Assembly: GCA_013416795.1 (NCBI GenBank)
Contig: RQSC01000028.1
Span: 276,480 to 340,479, forward strand
Length of the DNA: 64,000 bases
Reading direction: 5' to 3'
Source: Prasinococcaceae sp. CCMP 1430
Lineage: Eukaryota; Plantae; Prasinodermophyta
Of this stretch, positions 31,330-42,855 are shown piece after piece. The notes below the pieces were generated by a model. It was given only the letters and a program-made list of their open reading frames with translations. It did not search any database and was not told the DNA's origin. Every line of letters begins with the position of its first letter. Within the stretch, counting starts at the first letter, position 1. The position numbers were made by a program, and so were the translations under genes.

Positions 31330-31780
31330 TTAGAAGCCGTGAAGCTGGAGTGCGCGACGGTGGGCAGCGAAGCATGATGCGTCAGCACACTTCTCCCGAT
31401 CGCGCAGGGGCCGTGTCGTGGCGGTGGCGGTGGCGGCGACAGCTGGTGCATGCGGCATCTCGTGCGCGCGCGGGGCGGCACGCGCACCTTGATGAGGTCC
31501 TTCTTGACGATCTTGGACTCGGTAAGGAACTCCTGCACGTTCTTGCGCTGATCGCCCTGCAGCTGGATGACCTGGCCCAGCTCGGCGTCCTCGACGACGC
31601 AGCCGTTGCAGCAGTACGTCTTCTTGAGGCTCTTCAGGATCTTGCTCTTCCCGTACTTCTCCGGAATGCCCTGCACGGTAGTCAGACTCTTGCGCCCGTT
31701 GCGCTGCTGGACGCGCACATGCACATAATCCTTGTTCGCGGCGACGGAGGTGTCCTCGCCGGCGGCTTCCGCGAACGGGT
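31330..31780 (-). CDS. EIF1: Translation initiation factor eIF1 (SUI1); exons 31780-31488 and 31344-31330; first exon not identified
   Basis: DPFAEA, YVHVRVQQRNGRKSLTTVQG, CCNGCVVED, VIQLQGDQRK, IK|LHGF*. Confidence 0.95.
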
Positions 31781-31989
31781 CTGCGGTGGTGCAAAGTGAA
31801 GTGGGGGTCGGCAGGCAGCAGAAGCCGGCGGGGGGCGGCGCAGGGCACGCGTGCCAACGTGAGGAGCGCACACAGGACGCATCCATCGCACACGTGAGGC
31901 GCGGCAGCGGCATGATGCGCGCCACGGCGGGGTCGCGTCGTCGCACGCCCGAGTGCGGCGGCGGCGGCAGCGCCAGCGGCGGCGGCGGC

Positions 31990-32025
31990 GGAGGAGGAGG
32001 AGGAGGAGGAGGAGGAGGAGGAGGA
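31990..32025. repeat. (GGA)12 flanked by GGC repeats, 5' of eIF1
   Basis: Directly read. Confidence 0.9.
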
Positions 32026-32170
32026 GGCGGCGGCGGCACATCGGGACGGGAGGTGGGCAGCGTCGAGCGTCAGGCGCGGGATGGTCAGCTCTGGTTCCAG
32101 CATGGGCGGCCTCCTGCGCCCACGCCATGCGGCGCGCACGCGCCGGGGTGGGGGAGGGGGGCGGGGCATC

Positions 32171-32178
32171 AACCCTAG
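32171..32178. promoter_or_regulatory. Telo-box-like motif (AACCCTAG) between divergent eIF1 and RPL6
   Basis: Sequence match to the plant telo-box AAACCCTA, typical of translation-machinery promoters. Function is inferred. Confidence 0.45.
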
Positions 32179-32676
32179 AAAAGGAGGCGCAAAAAGAGCG
32201 CGCCGCGGCCAGCATGGCGCACCGGCGGCGGCGGCGGCATGCCGCCGCGCAGCGGCTCGCTCCGGCGGGCACTGGGGATGGGCGCCTCGCGGCTTGGGTG
32301 GCCTCCCGGACGCGCTGCCCCCAGCCGCAGCCGGGTGTGCCGCCGCTGCCTTTGCTGGCGCGCGGGTGTCCGTCCAAACAGACGCTGCCGTCCTGCCGGT
32401 GGCGCGGCTGCGCCCGCCTTGCTCCGGCGGCGGCGGTAGCCGTCGCCCCCGCCGCTGCTGCCGCCACCGCCGCCGCCGCCGCCACCAGCCGCGCTACGGC
32501 GTCAGTGCGTGCCCCCGCCGCCGATCCCGACGGCTTCGTAGCGGCGCTGGAGACTCCTCGCCGGCCGCGCAGCGCCGCCTCCACCCCGCTTGCCGCACGC
32601 GCGCCCGGACGCTCGCTGACGCCAAACAACCCCACCCGCTCGCTGGCGCCTGTCATTCGCGCCCCGCGCAGCCACC

Positions 32677-33051
32677 ATGCCGAAGGCCGCGCGCATGTAC
32701 CCGGCGGACGACGTGTCCAAGCCGCTGCGCAAGCCCAACACGCTCAAGCCCACCAAGCTGCGCGCGTCGATCGCGCCCGGCCAGGTGCTCATCCTGCTCG
32801 CGGGCCGCTTCAAGGGCAAGCGCGTCGTCTTCCTCAAGCAGCTTGAGTCGGGCCTGCTGCTCGTCACCGGCCCCTTCAAGGTCAACGGCGTGCCGCTGCG
32901 CCGCGTCAACCAGCGCTACGTGATCGCCACCTCGACCAAGGTCGACGTGGCGGGTGCGGACGTGGCGGCCGTGGGCGACGCCTACTTCAAGCGTGAGGCC
33001 GCGGCCAAGGGCAAGAAGGGCGAGGACGAGTTCTTCGCGGAGGGTGGCGAG
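32677..33051 (+). CDS. RPL6: 60S ribosomal protein L6 (eL6), C-terminal exon missing
   Basis: YPADDV...[64 protein letters not shown]. Ends at a GAG|gtgcgt donor (33052). Confidence 0.9.
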
Positions 33052-33147
33052 GTGCGTCACGAGCCGCACGCGCCTGCCCGCCCGCCGTCGCCCGCGCGCC
33101 CGCGCGCGCGTGCGCTCGGCGGTGCGCGCGCGAACCGGGCCGGGGGC

Positions 33148-34857
33148 ATGCCCTGGGGCGCCGGGTCCGCGCTCGTGCTCGCGCTTGCCCTGGCGCTCGC
33201 GGCGAGCGCTGCAGCGCCGTCGGCGGCGTTCGAGCCCCACCCGGACGCTGAGCACGATGTTCACATCGTCTTCTCCACCGAGTGCACGACGTACTTCGAC
33301 TGGCAGACGCTCGGCCTCGCGTACTCGCACATCCAGGCGTACGACAAGGCGGGCCTCGCCCACCCGCCGCTCACTCGCCTGATGGCGTGCGACAAGGAGG
33401 CGTGGGCCGGCGAGTACCTGTGCTCCGAGTGGAGCCACCCCTCCCACTCGACGCACTGGCACCCTAACTGGGGAGTACACCCTGTGACGGGCGATCACTA
33501 CACGCCGTACAACAAGCCTGCGTCCGTCAAGCACTGGCTCGAGAACGGGAACCCAAAGGCGAGAGTGATAGTCATCCTCGACGCCGACATGGTGATCCGC
33601 GCGCCGATCGGGATCTCGCAGACAGGCGTGCTCCCCGGGCGCCCCGTCAGCGCGCTGTACGGCTACCTCATCGGCGTGTACCCCGAAAACTACATGAAGG
33701 TCAAGGAGGAGGTCCAGTGTCAACCCAACTGCAACTTCCAGCAAGTGGGGGGCTTCATGGTGCACTACCGCGAGGACATCGAAAAGGCCGCGCCCCTGTG
33801 GCTGCACTACACGGAACGCGTGCGTCAGGACAAGGACTCGTGGGGCAACACTGGCGACATCTTCAACAGCAACGGGAAGTCTGGCCCGCCGTGGATCTCG
33901 GAGATGTACGGTTACGTCTTCGGCTGCGCCGAGGCCGGCCTGAACCACACCGTTTCGAACGACTTTATGCTCTACCCGGGCTATTCACCACCCAAGGAGC
34001 CTTTCCCCTTGGTGTTGCATTACGGCATTACCTTCGATGTGAACGATTACGCCTTCGACAAGCACTGGTACAAAAACGGCCACTTCTATCAGGAGTGCCC
34101 TGGAGAGACCTTCGTAGAGCCCATCCCCGTGGACTCGCTCGCCGAGAAACAGGGCACGCTCGAGTGGAGGCGCAAAGAGATCGCGCTCTTCTGTGCATGG
34201 ACGCTGCACGAGTCGCAACTCTGGCATAATAACCGCAAGTGTGGCGGCGATGGCGTCGTAGAGAAATTCACACGCTACAAGTGCAGCACGTCCGCGAACA
34301 ACGTGCGCCGCTGCACAGCGAAGAAGAGCACCGACCCAGCCTTCGACCCGCGCGAGGAGCTTGAGAGCCATTGCAAGGACAAGGAGACAGCCTGCTGCGA
34401 TTGGGCTACGAAGGGCGAGTGCGACAACAACCCAGGTTTCATGACCGAGTCGTGTCCGCGCAGCTGCGGCATCTGTGGGGACAGCGGCGGATGCGTGGGC
34501 GCAGGCGGCGGGGAGGGCACGAGCGAGCAAAACGGCGGCACTGCAGCCAAGGCGACCGCGAAGGTGCGCGGGGTGGCCCCCGAGGTCGCGTCGGTTGCAC
34601 ATCGCACAGCCGATGACTCGGAGCGGGAGCACAAGGCTAGCGCGCACCAGGCGTCGCGCCTGGGTGCGCTGGCGCCGCGGCTCGGGCTCGGCGAGCGAGG
34701 CACTTTGCTGCCAGCAGACGCGCGCGGATGGATGCTAGCGAGCTGGGGAATGCTCGCGGTGGGTTTCATGGCGGGCTGCATGTTCGCGCGCGCCAGCGGC
34801 GGCACGAGGGGCGGTGGGGTCGGGCTGCGCACGCGTGGCAGGCGAGTTGCGCGGTGA
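33148..34857 (+). CDS. Peptidyl-serine O-alpha-galactosyltransferase (SGT1/GT96-like) with an ShK domain and C-terminal TM
   Basis: Signal peptide. [53 protein letters not shown] and [11 protein letters not shown]. ShK-like [35 protein letters not shown] at 34372-34476. Confidence 0.85.
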   Translation: MPWGAGSALVLALALALAASAAAPSAAFEPHPDAEHDVHIVFSTECTTYFDWQTLGLAYSHIQAYDKAGLAHPPLTRLMACDKEAWAGEYLCSEWSHPSHSTHWHPNWGVHPVTGDHYTPYNKPASVKHWLENGNPKARVIVILDADMVIRAPIGISQTGVLPGRPVSALYGYLIGVYPENYMKVKEEVQCQPNCNFQQVGGFMVHYREDIEKAAPLWLHYTERVRQDKDSWGNTGDIFNSNGKSGPPWISEMYGYVFGCAEAGLNHTVSNDFMLYPGYSPPKEPFPLVLHYGITFDVNDYAFDKHWYKNGHFYQECPGETFVEPIPVDSLAEKQGTLEWRRKEIALFCAWTLHESQLWHNNRKCGGDGVVEKFTRYKCSTSANNVRRCTAKKSTDPAFDPREELESHCKDKETACCDWATKGECDNNPGFMTESCPRSCGICGDSGGCVGAGGGEGTSEQNGGTAAKATAKVRGVAPEVASVAHRTADDSEREHKASAHQASRLGALAPRLGLGERGTLLPADARGWMLASWGMLAVGFMAGCMFARASGGTRGGGVGLRTRGRRVAR

Positions 34858-35351
34858 CACGGGCGTGCGGGTCTGTGCCCCGCACGAGTGCCAGCGCGTG
34901 CATGCCCGCAGTAATGCTTTTCATTCTCATGTGCCCGCGGGACCGAGCAGGCTCGACTCAAGCCGGCGTGCAGGCCTCCGAAAGCGCGCTAGGACCGATG
35001 GAGCGCGTGCGGGCGCGCAGAGGGAAGGGGGGGTGAAGGGGCAGTGTGGCGCGCCGTGGCACGACGCGATGCATGTGCCGGTGCCGGGAGCGCCGCGGGC
35101 TGCGCCGCGCCAACTGCGCTGCGCTCGGGGGATTCGAACGCCCGAAGCGCACGGCGACGATACCAGCGTTGCGTGCGCATTTTTGATAGCGAATTCGAAT
35201 GCGTCTTTAGGGCGGCACAGCGCGTGCGGGCGCGTCGTCCCACCCCGACTTCCCGCCCCACCTCACCTCACACCCACCCATCGCCACCACCGCCGCCGGC
35301 TCGCACTCCGCAGGCGTTTGCCTCCATCGGACGCGAGCGAGGGCGGCGGCG

Positions 35352-36382
35352 ATGGCGGCGGCAGGCGTGGACTCGTCGCACCTCACGTCGCTGGCGATTG
35401 CGCACGGAGCGCTCGGCGGGGCGCCGGCGGCCGCGCTCGCCGTTCGCGCCGGCGGTAGCGCGGTGGTGGCGGCGGCGGTAGCGCGGCGGCCGCTGCGCGG
35501 CCGGGCGGCGCGCTCGAGGTGTGGACGCGCGCGGTGGCAGGGGGGGGGTACGGCCTGGCGCAATCCATCGCACCGCGCGCGCCGGGGGCGGAGCCCGAGA
35601 TGATCGAGTGGGCGCCGCACGAGGCATGCCAGGGGGGCGACACGCTCGCTGCGGTGTGCGCGGACGGCTCAGTGGCAGTGTACGCGGGCGCGGCGCCGGG
35701 GCAGATGCGGCTGGTGGCGACGCTCACAGACTGCAAGGCGACCTGCGCCGCCTTTGCACCGGCAGGAGGCGTGATTGGCCTTGCGTTGGCGCTCGGCGGC
35801 GCCGATGGCGCGGTGTACGTCTACGTAGCCGAGGAGGGCCACGCAGACGACTGGCTGCTGCAGGGGGTGATCGACGGCGCTGTGCCTGCCGCCGCTGGCG
35901 CCGGCGGCGTGAGTTGCCTGGCCTGGAGCGCTGGCACGTCGCCCACGCCGGGGCTTGTCGTCGGTGGTGGCGGGGGGGCAGCAGTGTGGGCTCTTTGCGG
36001 CGCGCTCAACCGCTGGAACGCAGTCGCGTCGCTCGGGTGCGGCGCGTGCGAGGGAGGCTGCACGGCGGTGGCATGGGCAGAGAACATTCGCGCGAGAAAT
36101 GTGGAGACGGTGGCTGTGGCGAGCGCGGACGGCGTGCGCGTGTACGAAGTGAGGGGATCCGCCGACGCTGCTGCGATTGACGCCACCGAGCGCGAAGCTT
36201 CCGATCCATCGTGCGCTGCCGGGGCGCCGCTCATGCACGCTCATGCAGACGACGCGGCATCGTCGCTCGATTTCGACGCTGCTGGCGCACAGCTCGCCGC
36301 GGGCTTCCCGGAAGGCGAGGTGCGCCTGTTCGCCGTCAACGCGCTCGGCGAATGGGGCGACTTCAGCTCAGTGGCGCTGTAG
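35352..36382 (+). CDS. WD40-repeat nucleoporin SEH1-like; frame break at about 35460-35518
   Basis: WD40 blades with SEH1-like order: EVWTR, IEWAP...LAAVCADGSVAVY, ADGAVYVY, VSCLAWS, VAWAEN...VAVASADGVRVY, SLDFDAAGAQLAAG..EGEVRLFAVNALGEW. Confidence 0.6.
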
Positions 36383-36697
36383 ATGCGTGCCTCAGTGCGG
36401 CGCTCTCAGCGCCCACGGCAGAAACGTGCGTATGTACCATCCGATGGTACAGTAAGTTCGAAATGTTCACCTCGCACATTTGAAACAATGTCAACAGCCG
36501 GCCAGGGCGTGCCAGACAGCGCTCGGCGGCCCGCCCTGAGGCCCGCGAGGTATCTGCGTTGCCAGACCGTTGGTAGAGCTCTGCCTCGCACGACGGGTGC
36601 GGGGTGGGCGGTTGTGCGTCGCGCCTCGCCACAGTCTTGCCTGGCGGGAGTAGGAGCGGCGGCGGCCGGCGGGGCCGGTGTGTGCGCATGTTTGGCA

Positions 36698-38890
36698 ATG
36701 CCGCCTGGTTCGACTCTGGCGTGGAAAGAGCGGCTTGCGACGGCCCGAGGGGTGGCCTCGGAGATGCGCGCCGAGGATGAGAGCGCAGCCGACGGCTGCC
36801 GCAGTGCGAGCCGAGCCCTGCGGCCCGCAGATGTCAGGTCTGCGAGGCTGTTGCGGCAGCGTTTCAAGTTGTTACTTGTGTGGGCATTATCGACGGCTGT
36901 GTTGGCGCCTGCTGCCGCTGGCGAAGAAGTGGCGCGGCGCAGAAAGCTGGCTGTCGACGCGTGCATTGCCGACAAGCTTGCGGGAGCTGAGCACCTCAGG
37001 AAGAGCTCTGACACTGTCGACAAGAGGTCGCGCGCGCTCGAGAAGGTGCAGGCCCGCACGGTGTGCAGTATGCACCCCGCTCAAGCGGTCCAGTGGCCGC
37101 ATTTCAAGGTCAAGCGCTTTGCCAACGCTCATCGGCTGACGTACCATCCTGCGCAGCGGCGGGGTGCGCCGTTTACGTCCGCTGATACGCCGATTGCGTC
37201 AACTGGAGACGTGACAGCGGCCGAAGATGCATCGGAGAGGGGCCCGCGAGGCATCATGAAGACGTTCCCACAGTTCGCATTTTCATCGGATGGGTACAGC
37301 TTCGCAGCTGATGCGTTCTTGCACGACGCTGGTCTGGGGGAGACTGGCGAAGGCGGCGTGGTGCTGACGCCCCCCGACGTTCGCGGCAGGGGCGCTGGTG
37401 CTGCGCAGCGCGACGACAGCAGTGGGCGCAGCGGCGGCGGGGTGGTGGCTATCGTGCTCTCTTCGTCTCTTCAAGAAACACCAGCGCCAATGCCGCTGAG
37501 GTGCAGCTTCGCTGTGGGCGATGACGCGGGCGCGACAGTAGGCGGGCCACAGCAGTGGTACGCCACAGTGGAGACCCAGGCCGAACTCCACCTTTTTGGC
37601 ACTCGCTACGCTCAGCCCGAAGGCGCATCTAAGCGCGAACACTACGAATTCATGCACGTATACACTATTCTGTGCCCCCTGCCCGCCGAATTCGTGCTTC
37701 AGGTGGCTGGGCCGGCGCCGGCGCATGGCAAGGAGGGTGAAATTGTCGACGGCGCGAGGCTCTCGCTGCGATATTATCACATGGATACGGACAACGCCAC
37801 GACCGCCAAGGACGTGGCTTGGATGCAGCCTCTCACATTCAGAGACATGCGAATTGCACCCCCTCCGGCACCCCCCCCCGCCGTGGTGGACTGCGCGATG
37901 TGCCTCTCAGGCGTGTTCGGGATTGGCGGCGGGCGATTCTTGCCAGAATACATTGAGTACCATCGCGCTCTGGGCATAGGTCTATTCGAGTTCTTCGACG
38001 TGGACAGCTCAGGCGCGGCAGCGACGCAGTTGGAGGGGTATGCCCGCAGCGGGGTCGTCCGGTTGCGCGACTGGAGCGCCGTACCTGGAGAGCAGGGCTT
38101 TGTGCAGAAGCGACCGCCTGGCATGGCCCCTTGGAAGGCAACAGATGAGAAGCACGCCATGACTCGTGTAATGCAATGGAGACACATGCAGCACTGGTAT
38201 CATGGGCATTTATTAACGCATCAGGCCTGCTACTGGACCCTCCGGCGCCGGGCCAAGTACATCCTCATCAACGACATCGACGAGGTGCTCGCACTGTGGC
38301 GAAAGCCTCACACTTTGCAGCAGGTGCTAATGCCGTGGATGGAGCGGGCTCACAACGAAAGCGGCGGACGCATACGCGGCTTCTCCCTGGAGAACCGCGT
38401 CGCACCGCCAAATTTAATCAGTGCAGCGCAGCTGGGCGGCCAGAGGCCTGCCAACGGAAGCTGCGACGAAGACTGCGAGCTATTGTCCCAGTCGCTGTTG
38501 GCGGCGTTGACGCACGAGCAGATTCGCACCACGCACAACGTGGGCACCTACCACGATGGCCGATGGAAGTACATGCTGCGCGTCGCGGAAGAGGATAACA
38601 GGGCGCACGTACATCCGATATACTTTCACGCCATATATTTCTCCTTCCCGGATGCTATGGCTGACGTTTTGGATCGCGTGATGACATTGGTCCCTACAGA
38701 CGTCGCATACCTGAGACACCTTGTGCCGTATCCACGCCTGGCAAGACCACCGTCGGACTTTGACTTTCCCACACGAGGGTACGGCTTCAAGCCCTTGCCG
38801 AAGGCACCGATACTCTCAGCGATGCGTGTACGTGTTGCGTTGCGCCGTGCCTGTGAAACCCGCGCGCGCGGCCTCCAGGAGTGTGTGTGA
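36698..38890 (+). CDS. Glycosyltransferase family 92 (DUF23)-like type II membrane protein
   Basis: TM segment FKLLLVWALSTAVLAP. C-terminal CAMCLSGVF, LPEYIEYHRALGIGLFEFFD, GVVRLRDW, THQACYW, KYILINDIDE. Start codon is tentative. Confidence 0.7.
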   Translation: MPPGSTLAWKERLATARGVASEMRAEDESAADGCRSASRALRPADVRSARLLRQRFKLLLVWALSTAVLAPAAAGEEVARRRKLAVDACIADKLAGAEHLRKSSDTVDKRSRALEKVQARTVCSMHPAQAVQWPHFKVKRFANAHRLTYHPAQRRGAPFTSADTPIASTGDVTAAEDASERGPRGIMKTFPQFAFSSDGYSFAADAFLHDAGLGETGEGGVVLTPPDVRGRGAGAAQRDDSSGRSGGGVVAIVLSSSLQETPAPMPLRCSFAVGDDAGATVGGPQQWYATVETQAELHLFGTRYAQPEGASKREHYEFMHVYTILCPLPAEFVLQVAGPAPAHGKEGEIVDGARLSLRYYHMDTDNATTAKDVAWMQPLTFRDMRIAPPPAPPPAVVDCAMCLSGVFGIGGGRFLPEYIEYHRALGIGLFEFFDVDSSGAAATQLEGYARSGVVRLRDWSAVPGEQGFVQKRPPGMAPWKATDEKHAMTRVMQWRHMQHWYHGHLLTHQACYWTLRRRAKYILINDIDEVLALWRKPHTLQQVLMPWMERAHNESGGRIRGFSLENRVAPPNLISAAQLGGQRPANGSCDEDCELLSQSLLAALTHEQIRTTHNVGTYHDGRWKYMLRVAEEDNRAHVHPIYFHAIYFSFPDAMADVLDRVMTLVPTDVAYLRHLVPYPRLARPPSDFDFPTRGYGFKPLPKAPILSAMRVRVALRRACETRARGLQECV

Positions 38891-39252
38891 GGGGATGCTG
38901 CAGGGAGGAGCCCCACTGCAGGGAGGAGCCGCTGACCCGTCGCGCGGGCGTCGTTCCCTGCACGTGTGCCTTCACGTCCGGCGCGCCATGCATGCACGCA
39001 CGCAGGCCATTCGGTCTGGTCCGCCGTGGCTCAAGGACACCTACGCAGACTCGCCGAGCAGCCTTCGCGCATCCGACGTGGAAAGGATAGGATCCGGCGA
39101 GGGCACATTGCCGCTGATGTGCCTCGGCTCCCTCGCTCACAACTATTCCTACCTGTGCGCGTAGTAACCACCACACGTGGCGACCATCGCGCCCACAGAC
39201 CGTCGCCTCTGCGCTTGCATTCGGGAAAATCGTCGAAAACGACCATTGGGCC

Positions 39253-42200
39253 TCATCCTTTTCGTTTACTCAACCTCCACGCGTCTGGCGGAGCGTACTT
39301 GTCAAAGAGCGGCTCGATCTTCTGCGCCCGCTTCGCCTTAGAGATGTGGTTCGGATCGGCCGTCTTGAAGAAGCGCGGCGCCAGCTCTACGAGCCAGCGC
39401 GGCTCGATGAGCGTGACCTCGCGCATGTACTCCTTGGTGGTGAGCACGAGCTCGTGGTATACCACCCACTCCGGCTGGCGCTGGTGCAGCGAGCTCGACG
39501 GGTGCACGTACACCACTTGGTTCTCCACGAGCGTCTTGTAGCCCTCGGTAGGGTCCTTCTTGCACGTGTGGTAGAAGAATCCCGAGAGCACAGCGCGGCG
39601 CACTCGCGTCAGGTTGGCACCGGCGCTAACGAGGTCCAGCTTGTACCTGTCCATGATGGTGAGCAGCTGCTTGCGCACATCTTGCGCGCGCTTGAGCGAT
39701 CGCGCCTGCAGGTAGTTCTCGAAGCACCACGGCGACGAGAACTTGTTGTACTTCCACTGCTCGTACACGTTGAGCAGCGTGAGGTGGTCGCCCTCCGGCA
39801 CGGTGAACTTATTTCTCTTGGTGTCTGCCTCCGTCTGCTTGTCGCGCGGACGGTAGAAGATGTTCTGCGCGCTGAGCATCGACACGATGGTGATGATCTC
39901 CTCGGAGCACTTGAGGTCGACGCTCGCGATGAGCGTCTTTGACATGGGCGGCTCCAGCGGGAACTCGGCCATCTTGCGGCCGAGGCGCGTGAGCAGCCCC
40001 TCCTCGTCAAGCGCGCCCAGGTTGTACAGCGTCTCCAGCGCAGTGATGAGCGTCGCGGGCGGCGGCGGGTCCATGAAGTCGAACGCCAGCAGGTCGTTGA
40101 TGCCCATTGCCTTGAGCGTCAGCACAGTCATGCCGAGGTTGGTGCGTTGGATCTCCGGCACGGAGGTGGGCAGCATCTCGTTCTTGAATGCGACCTCGGT
40201 GTACAGACGATAGCACTTGCCTGGGCCCGTGCGACCGGCACGGCCCGCGCGCTGGCGCGCCGACGCCTGGCTGATAGGAGTCACAATCAGCGAGTCCATG
40301 CCGGCCTTGGGGTTGTACACCTTCTGCTTGGAGAAGCCGGGATCTACCACGTAGTAGATGCCGTCGATGGTCAGCGAGGCTTCGGCGATGTTGGTGGCCA
40401 CGACGACCTTCCTCGAGCCGGGCGCCGCGGGCTCGAAGATGCGCGTCTGCATCTCTGAGGGCAGAGACGAATACACCGGCAGCACGACCAGCTCGGGCAC
40501 CGATGGTCCGAGCTGCTTCATGCGGTCATAGAGCACCTCGCACGCGGTGTCGATCTCCTCCTGCCCAGTGAGGAAAAGCAGGACGTCGCCCTCCGGCTCG
40601 GTGAGGTGAATCTGCATGACGGTGATCAGCGCGGCGTCCATGTAGTCCTGCTCGGGAGCACGCGTGTACAGGATTTCCACGGGGAAGGTGCGGCCCGGGA
40701 TGGTGAATATGGGGCACTTGAAGAAGTAGCTCGAAAACTTGTCGGCGTCGAGCGTCGCGGAGGTCACCACGATCTTAAGTTCGTTTCCGCTGCCAGGCCC
40801 GCGGCGCTGCATGATGCCCTTCAGGAGGCCGAAGAGCACGTCCGTATGGATAGTGCGCTCGTGCGCCTCATCGAGGATGATCACCGAATAGCGCTCCAGG
40901 TCGCCCTCGAGCAACGCCTCGCGCAGAAGCATGCCATCGGTCATGTATTTGATAACTGTGTCAGGGCTGGTCTGGTCCTCGAAGCGGATCGTGTAGCCGA
41001 CCTCCTCGCCGAGACGGCAGCCAAACTCTTCCGCGACGCGCTTGGCCACGCTCATGGCCGCCACGCGCCTTGGCTGCGTGCACCCGATGACGCCCTTGGA
41101 CGTGAAGCCCGCCTCCGCCAGGTACTGAGTCATTTGAGTCGTCTTGCCCGAGCCCGTCTCACCGATCACCACTAGGCACTGGTTGTCCATCATCGCCCGG
41201 ATGAGCTGCTCGCGTAGCTTGTACACCGGCAGGCTCTGCCGCTGCTCCATGATGGAGCCCTTCTGCTTCTGCCCGAATTGCGGTGCGTTGCCGAAAGCCT
41301 GCTTCTTCCACTCGGGCATCTGGTGCGCCGATAGGCCAGTGCCGCGCAGCTCGGACGCCAGATGCCTGTCGCCCTCGGCCGCCATGGGATCCTCCCAAGG
41401 GCGCGAGAGGTCCCTGGGCACGGCATCCATCTCCGCTTGCTGCAGCTCCTGCATCATCTCGCGGCGCTCCTTGGCCAGCGCGCCGGCAGCCATCGCCGCG
41501 CGCTGCATGCTGCCGTCTGGGTTGGCCACGATGCGGATGGGGCTCACCTCGAGCGTCTTCGATGTCTGGCCCGCGAGGAATGCCGGCTCGGCCTCGTTGA
41601 GCTCGATCTCGACCTCCAGGTCGAGCTCGGTGGTGTCCTCCATGAGGCCGTTCGTCGGGTCGTACGTGGGGAACTCTTCCACAGGAAGCACTCCAGACGC
41701 GATGAGCTGCTGCGCCTCCCAACGCTCGGGGGAGCTCATTTTCTTGCCGCGCTGGCGCGCCGACGATGCGTCGCGGTCGGCGGCCTCGATCTGCGAGCGT
41801 GTGAGGCCACTGAGCCCGCGCGTGCCCTGCAGACCGCGGCCCGCCACCGAAGTTTCGCTGCCGCGCTTCGCGGCCGGCAGCAGGTCCTCGCCCGTCTCCT
41901 GGTTGACGTCGCGCATGGACAGCGAGATCTTGCCCTTAGACACGGAGATAACCTTCACCCAACAGTCCTGTCCCTTGCGCACAACGTCTGACGCGTTGGT
42001 CACGCGCGCAGCCTTGATCATGCTCACGTGCACCATGCCCTCGGGGTTCCCGCGGACGCCCTCGATGCGCACGAAGCAACCGAAGTCCATCACGTTGGAC
42101 ACCGTACCGCGGTACACAGCCCATTTGATAGGCTCTTCGTCCATCGGACCGTGCGCTCCCCCACCGTAGCCGCCGGCGGCCCCGTATCCCTGCTGCGCCG

Positions 42201-42855
42201 GCGGCGCTCCCATACGCGGCGGTGGGCCAGGCGGCGGGCCGTGCCGCGGCTGGCGCGCGTAGTCGGCGATGCTGTCGCTGTGGCGTCCGTCGTGGCGGGC
42301 GCCTCGGCCATCGCGCTCACGCTCGCGGTGCTGACCGTGCGCGGAGCCCGAGGGCCCGGCTTCAACGATCGACGCGCTGTCGGCACGCCCGGAGTGCGCG
42401 CCTGGCACTCCCCGCGGCGGCGGTGGCGGGGGCACAGCGCCCAGCTTCGGCCGGCCGCTCTCGTCCGTCTGCTTTGCAGCGAGTTCGCGGTCGATCTCTC
42501 TCGCGCGCTCGCGCGTGTCGGCCGTGGCGAGCCCAGGGTACTTGGTCGCCGCAGGGTTTGTATGCCCCGCGCGCGCCGCGGGCGCCGCACTGCGCGCCGG
42601 CGCTGCGCTCCCCGGCACGGCGCCGGGCTTGAGTGTGGCGACGAGCGCGAAGAGCGACTCGGCGAGCGCCGGCGAGAGCTCGGCGCCGTTCTCCTTGAGC
42701 GCCACGCCGAACGCCGACGCATCGCGCGAGTCGTTGGCGAGCTCGATGACAAACTCCGCAAGCGTGCGATCCGACACGCCTAAGTGGTTGTCCAGCTCCT
42801 GCGACACCTTGCTCACGAGCGCCAGGTGCTGCAGCTTGAGCAGCTCGGACGACAT
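39253..42855 (-). CDS. DHX8: Pre-mRNA splicing DEAH helicase PRP22/DHX8, intronless
   Basis: N-terminal [15 protein letters not shown]1 domain, [50 protein letters not shown] and HA2/OB tail. Confidence 0.97.
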   Translation of the reverse strand: MSSELLKLQHLALVSKVSQELDNHLGVSDRTLAEFVIELANDSRDASAFGVALKENGAELSPALAESLFALVATLKPGAVPGSAAPARSAAPAARAGHTNPAATKYPGLATADTRERAREIDRELAAKQTDESGRPKLGAVPPPPPPRGVPGAHSGRADSASIVEAGPSGSAHGQHRERERDGRGARHDGRHSDSIADYARQPRHGPPPGPPPRMGAPPAQQGYGAAGGYGGGAHGPMDEEPIKWAVYRGTVSNVMDFGCFVRIEGVRGNPEGMVHVSMIKAARVTNASDVVRKGQDCWVKVISVSKGKISLSMRDVNQETGEDLLPAAKRGSETSVAGRGLQGTRGLSGLTRSQIEAADRDASSARQRGKKMSSPERWEAQQLIASGVLPVEEFPTYDPTNGLMEDTTELDLEVEIELNEAEPAFLAGQTSKTLEVSPIRIVANPDGSMQRAAMAAGALAKERREMMQELQQAEMDAVPRDLSRPWEDPMAAEGDRHLASELRGTGLSAHQMPEWKKQAFGNAPQFGQKQKGSIMEQRQSLPVYKLREQLIRAMMDNQCLVVIGETGSGKTTQMTQYLAEAGFTSKGVIGCTQPRRVAAMSVAKRVAEEFGCRLGEEVGYTIRFEDQTSPDTVIKYMTDGMLLREALLEGDLERYSVIILDEAHERTIHTDVLFGLLKGIMQRRGPGSGNELKIVVTSATLDADKFSSYFFKCPIFTIPGRTFPVEILYTRAPEQDYMDAALITVMQIHLTEPEGDVLLFLTGQEEIDTACEVLYDRMKQLGPSVPELVVLPVYSSLPSEMQTRIFEPAAPGSRKVVVATNIAEASLTIDGIYYVVDPGFSKQKVYNPKAGMDSLIVTPISQASARQRAGRAGRTGPGKCYRLYTEVAFKNEMLPTSVPEIQRTNLGMTVLTLKAMGINDLLAFDFMDPPPPATLITALETLYNLGALDEEGLLTRLGRKMAEFPLEPPMSKTLIASVDLKCSEEIITIVSMLSAQNIFYRPRDKQTEADTKRNKFTVPEGDHLTLLNVYEQWKYNKFSSPWCFENYLQARSLKRAQDVRKQLLTIMDRYKLDLVSAGANLTRVRRAVLSGFFYHTCKKDPTEGYKTLVENQVVYVHPSSSLHQRQPEWVVYHELVLTTKEYMREVTLIEPRWLVELAPRFFKTADPNHISKAKRAQKIEPLFDKYAPPDAWRLSKRKG

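Noticed and set aside
4425-38890. Treating the sulfotransferase and GT genes as an operon-like biosynthetic cluster
   Set aside because: Mixed strands and many intervening housekeeping genes. Retained only as a density observation.
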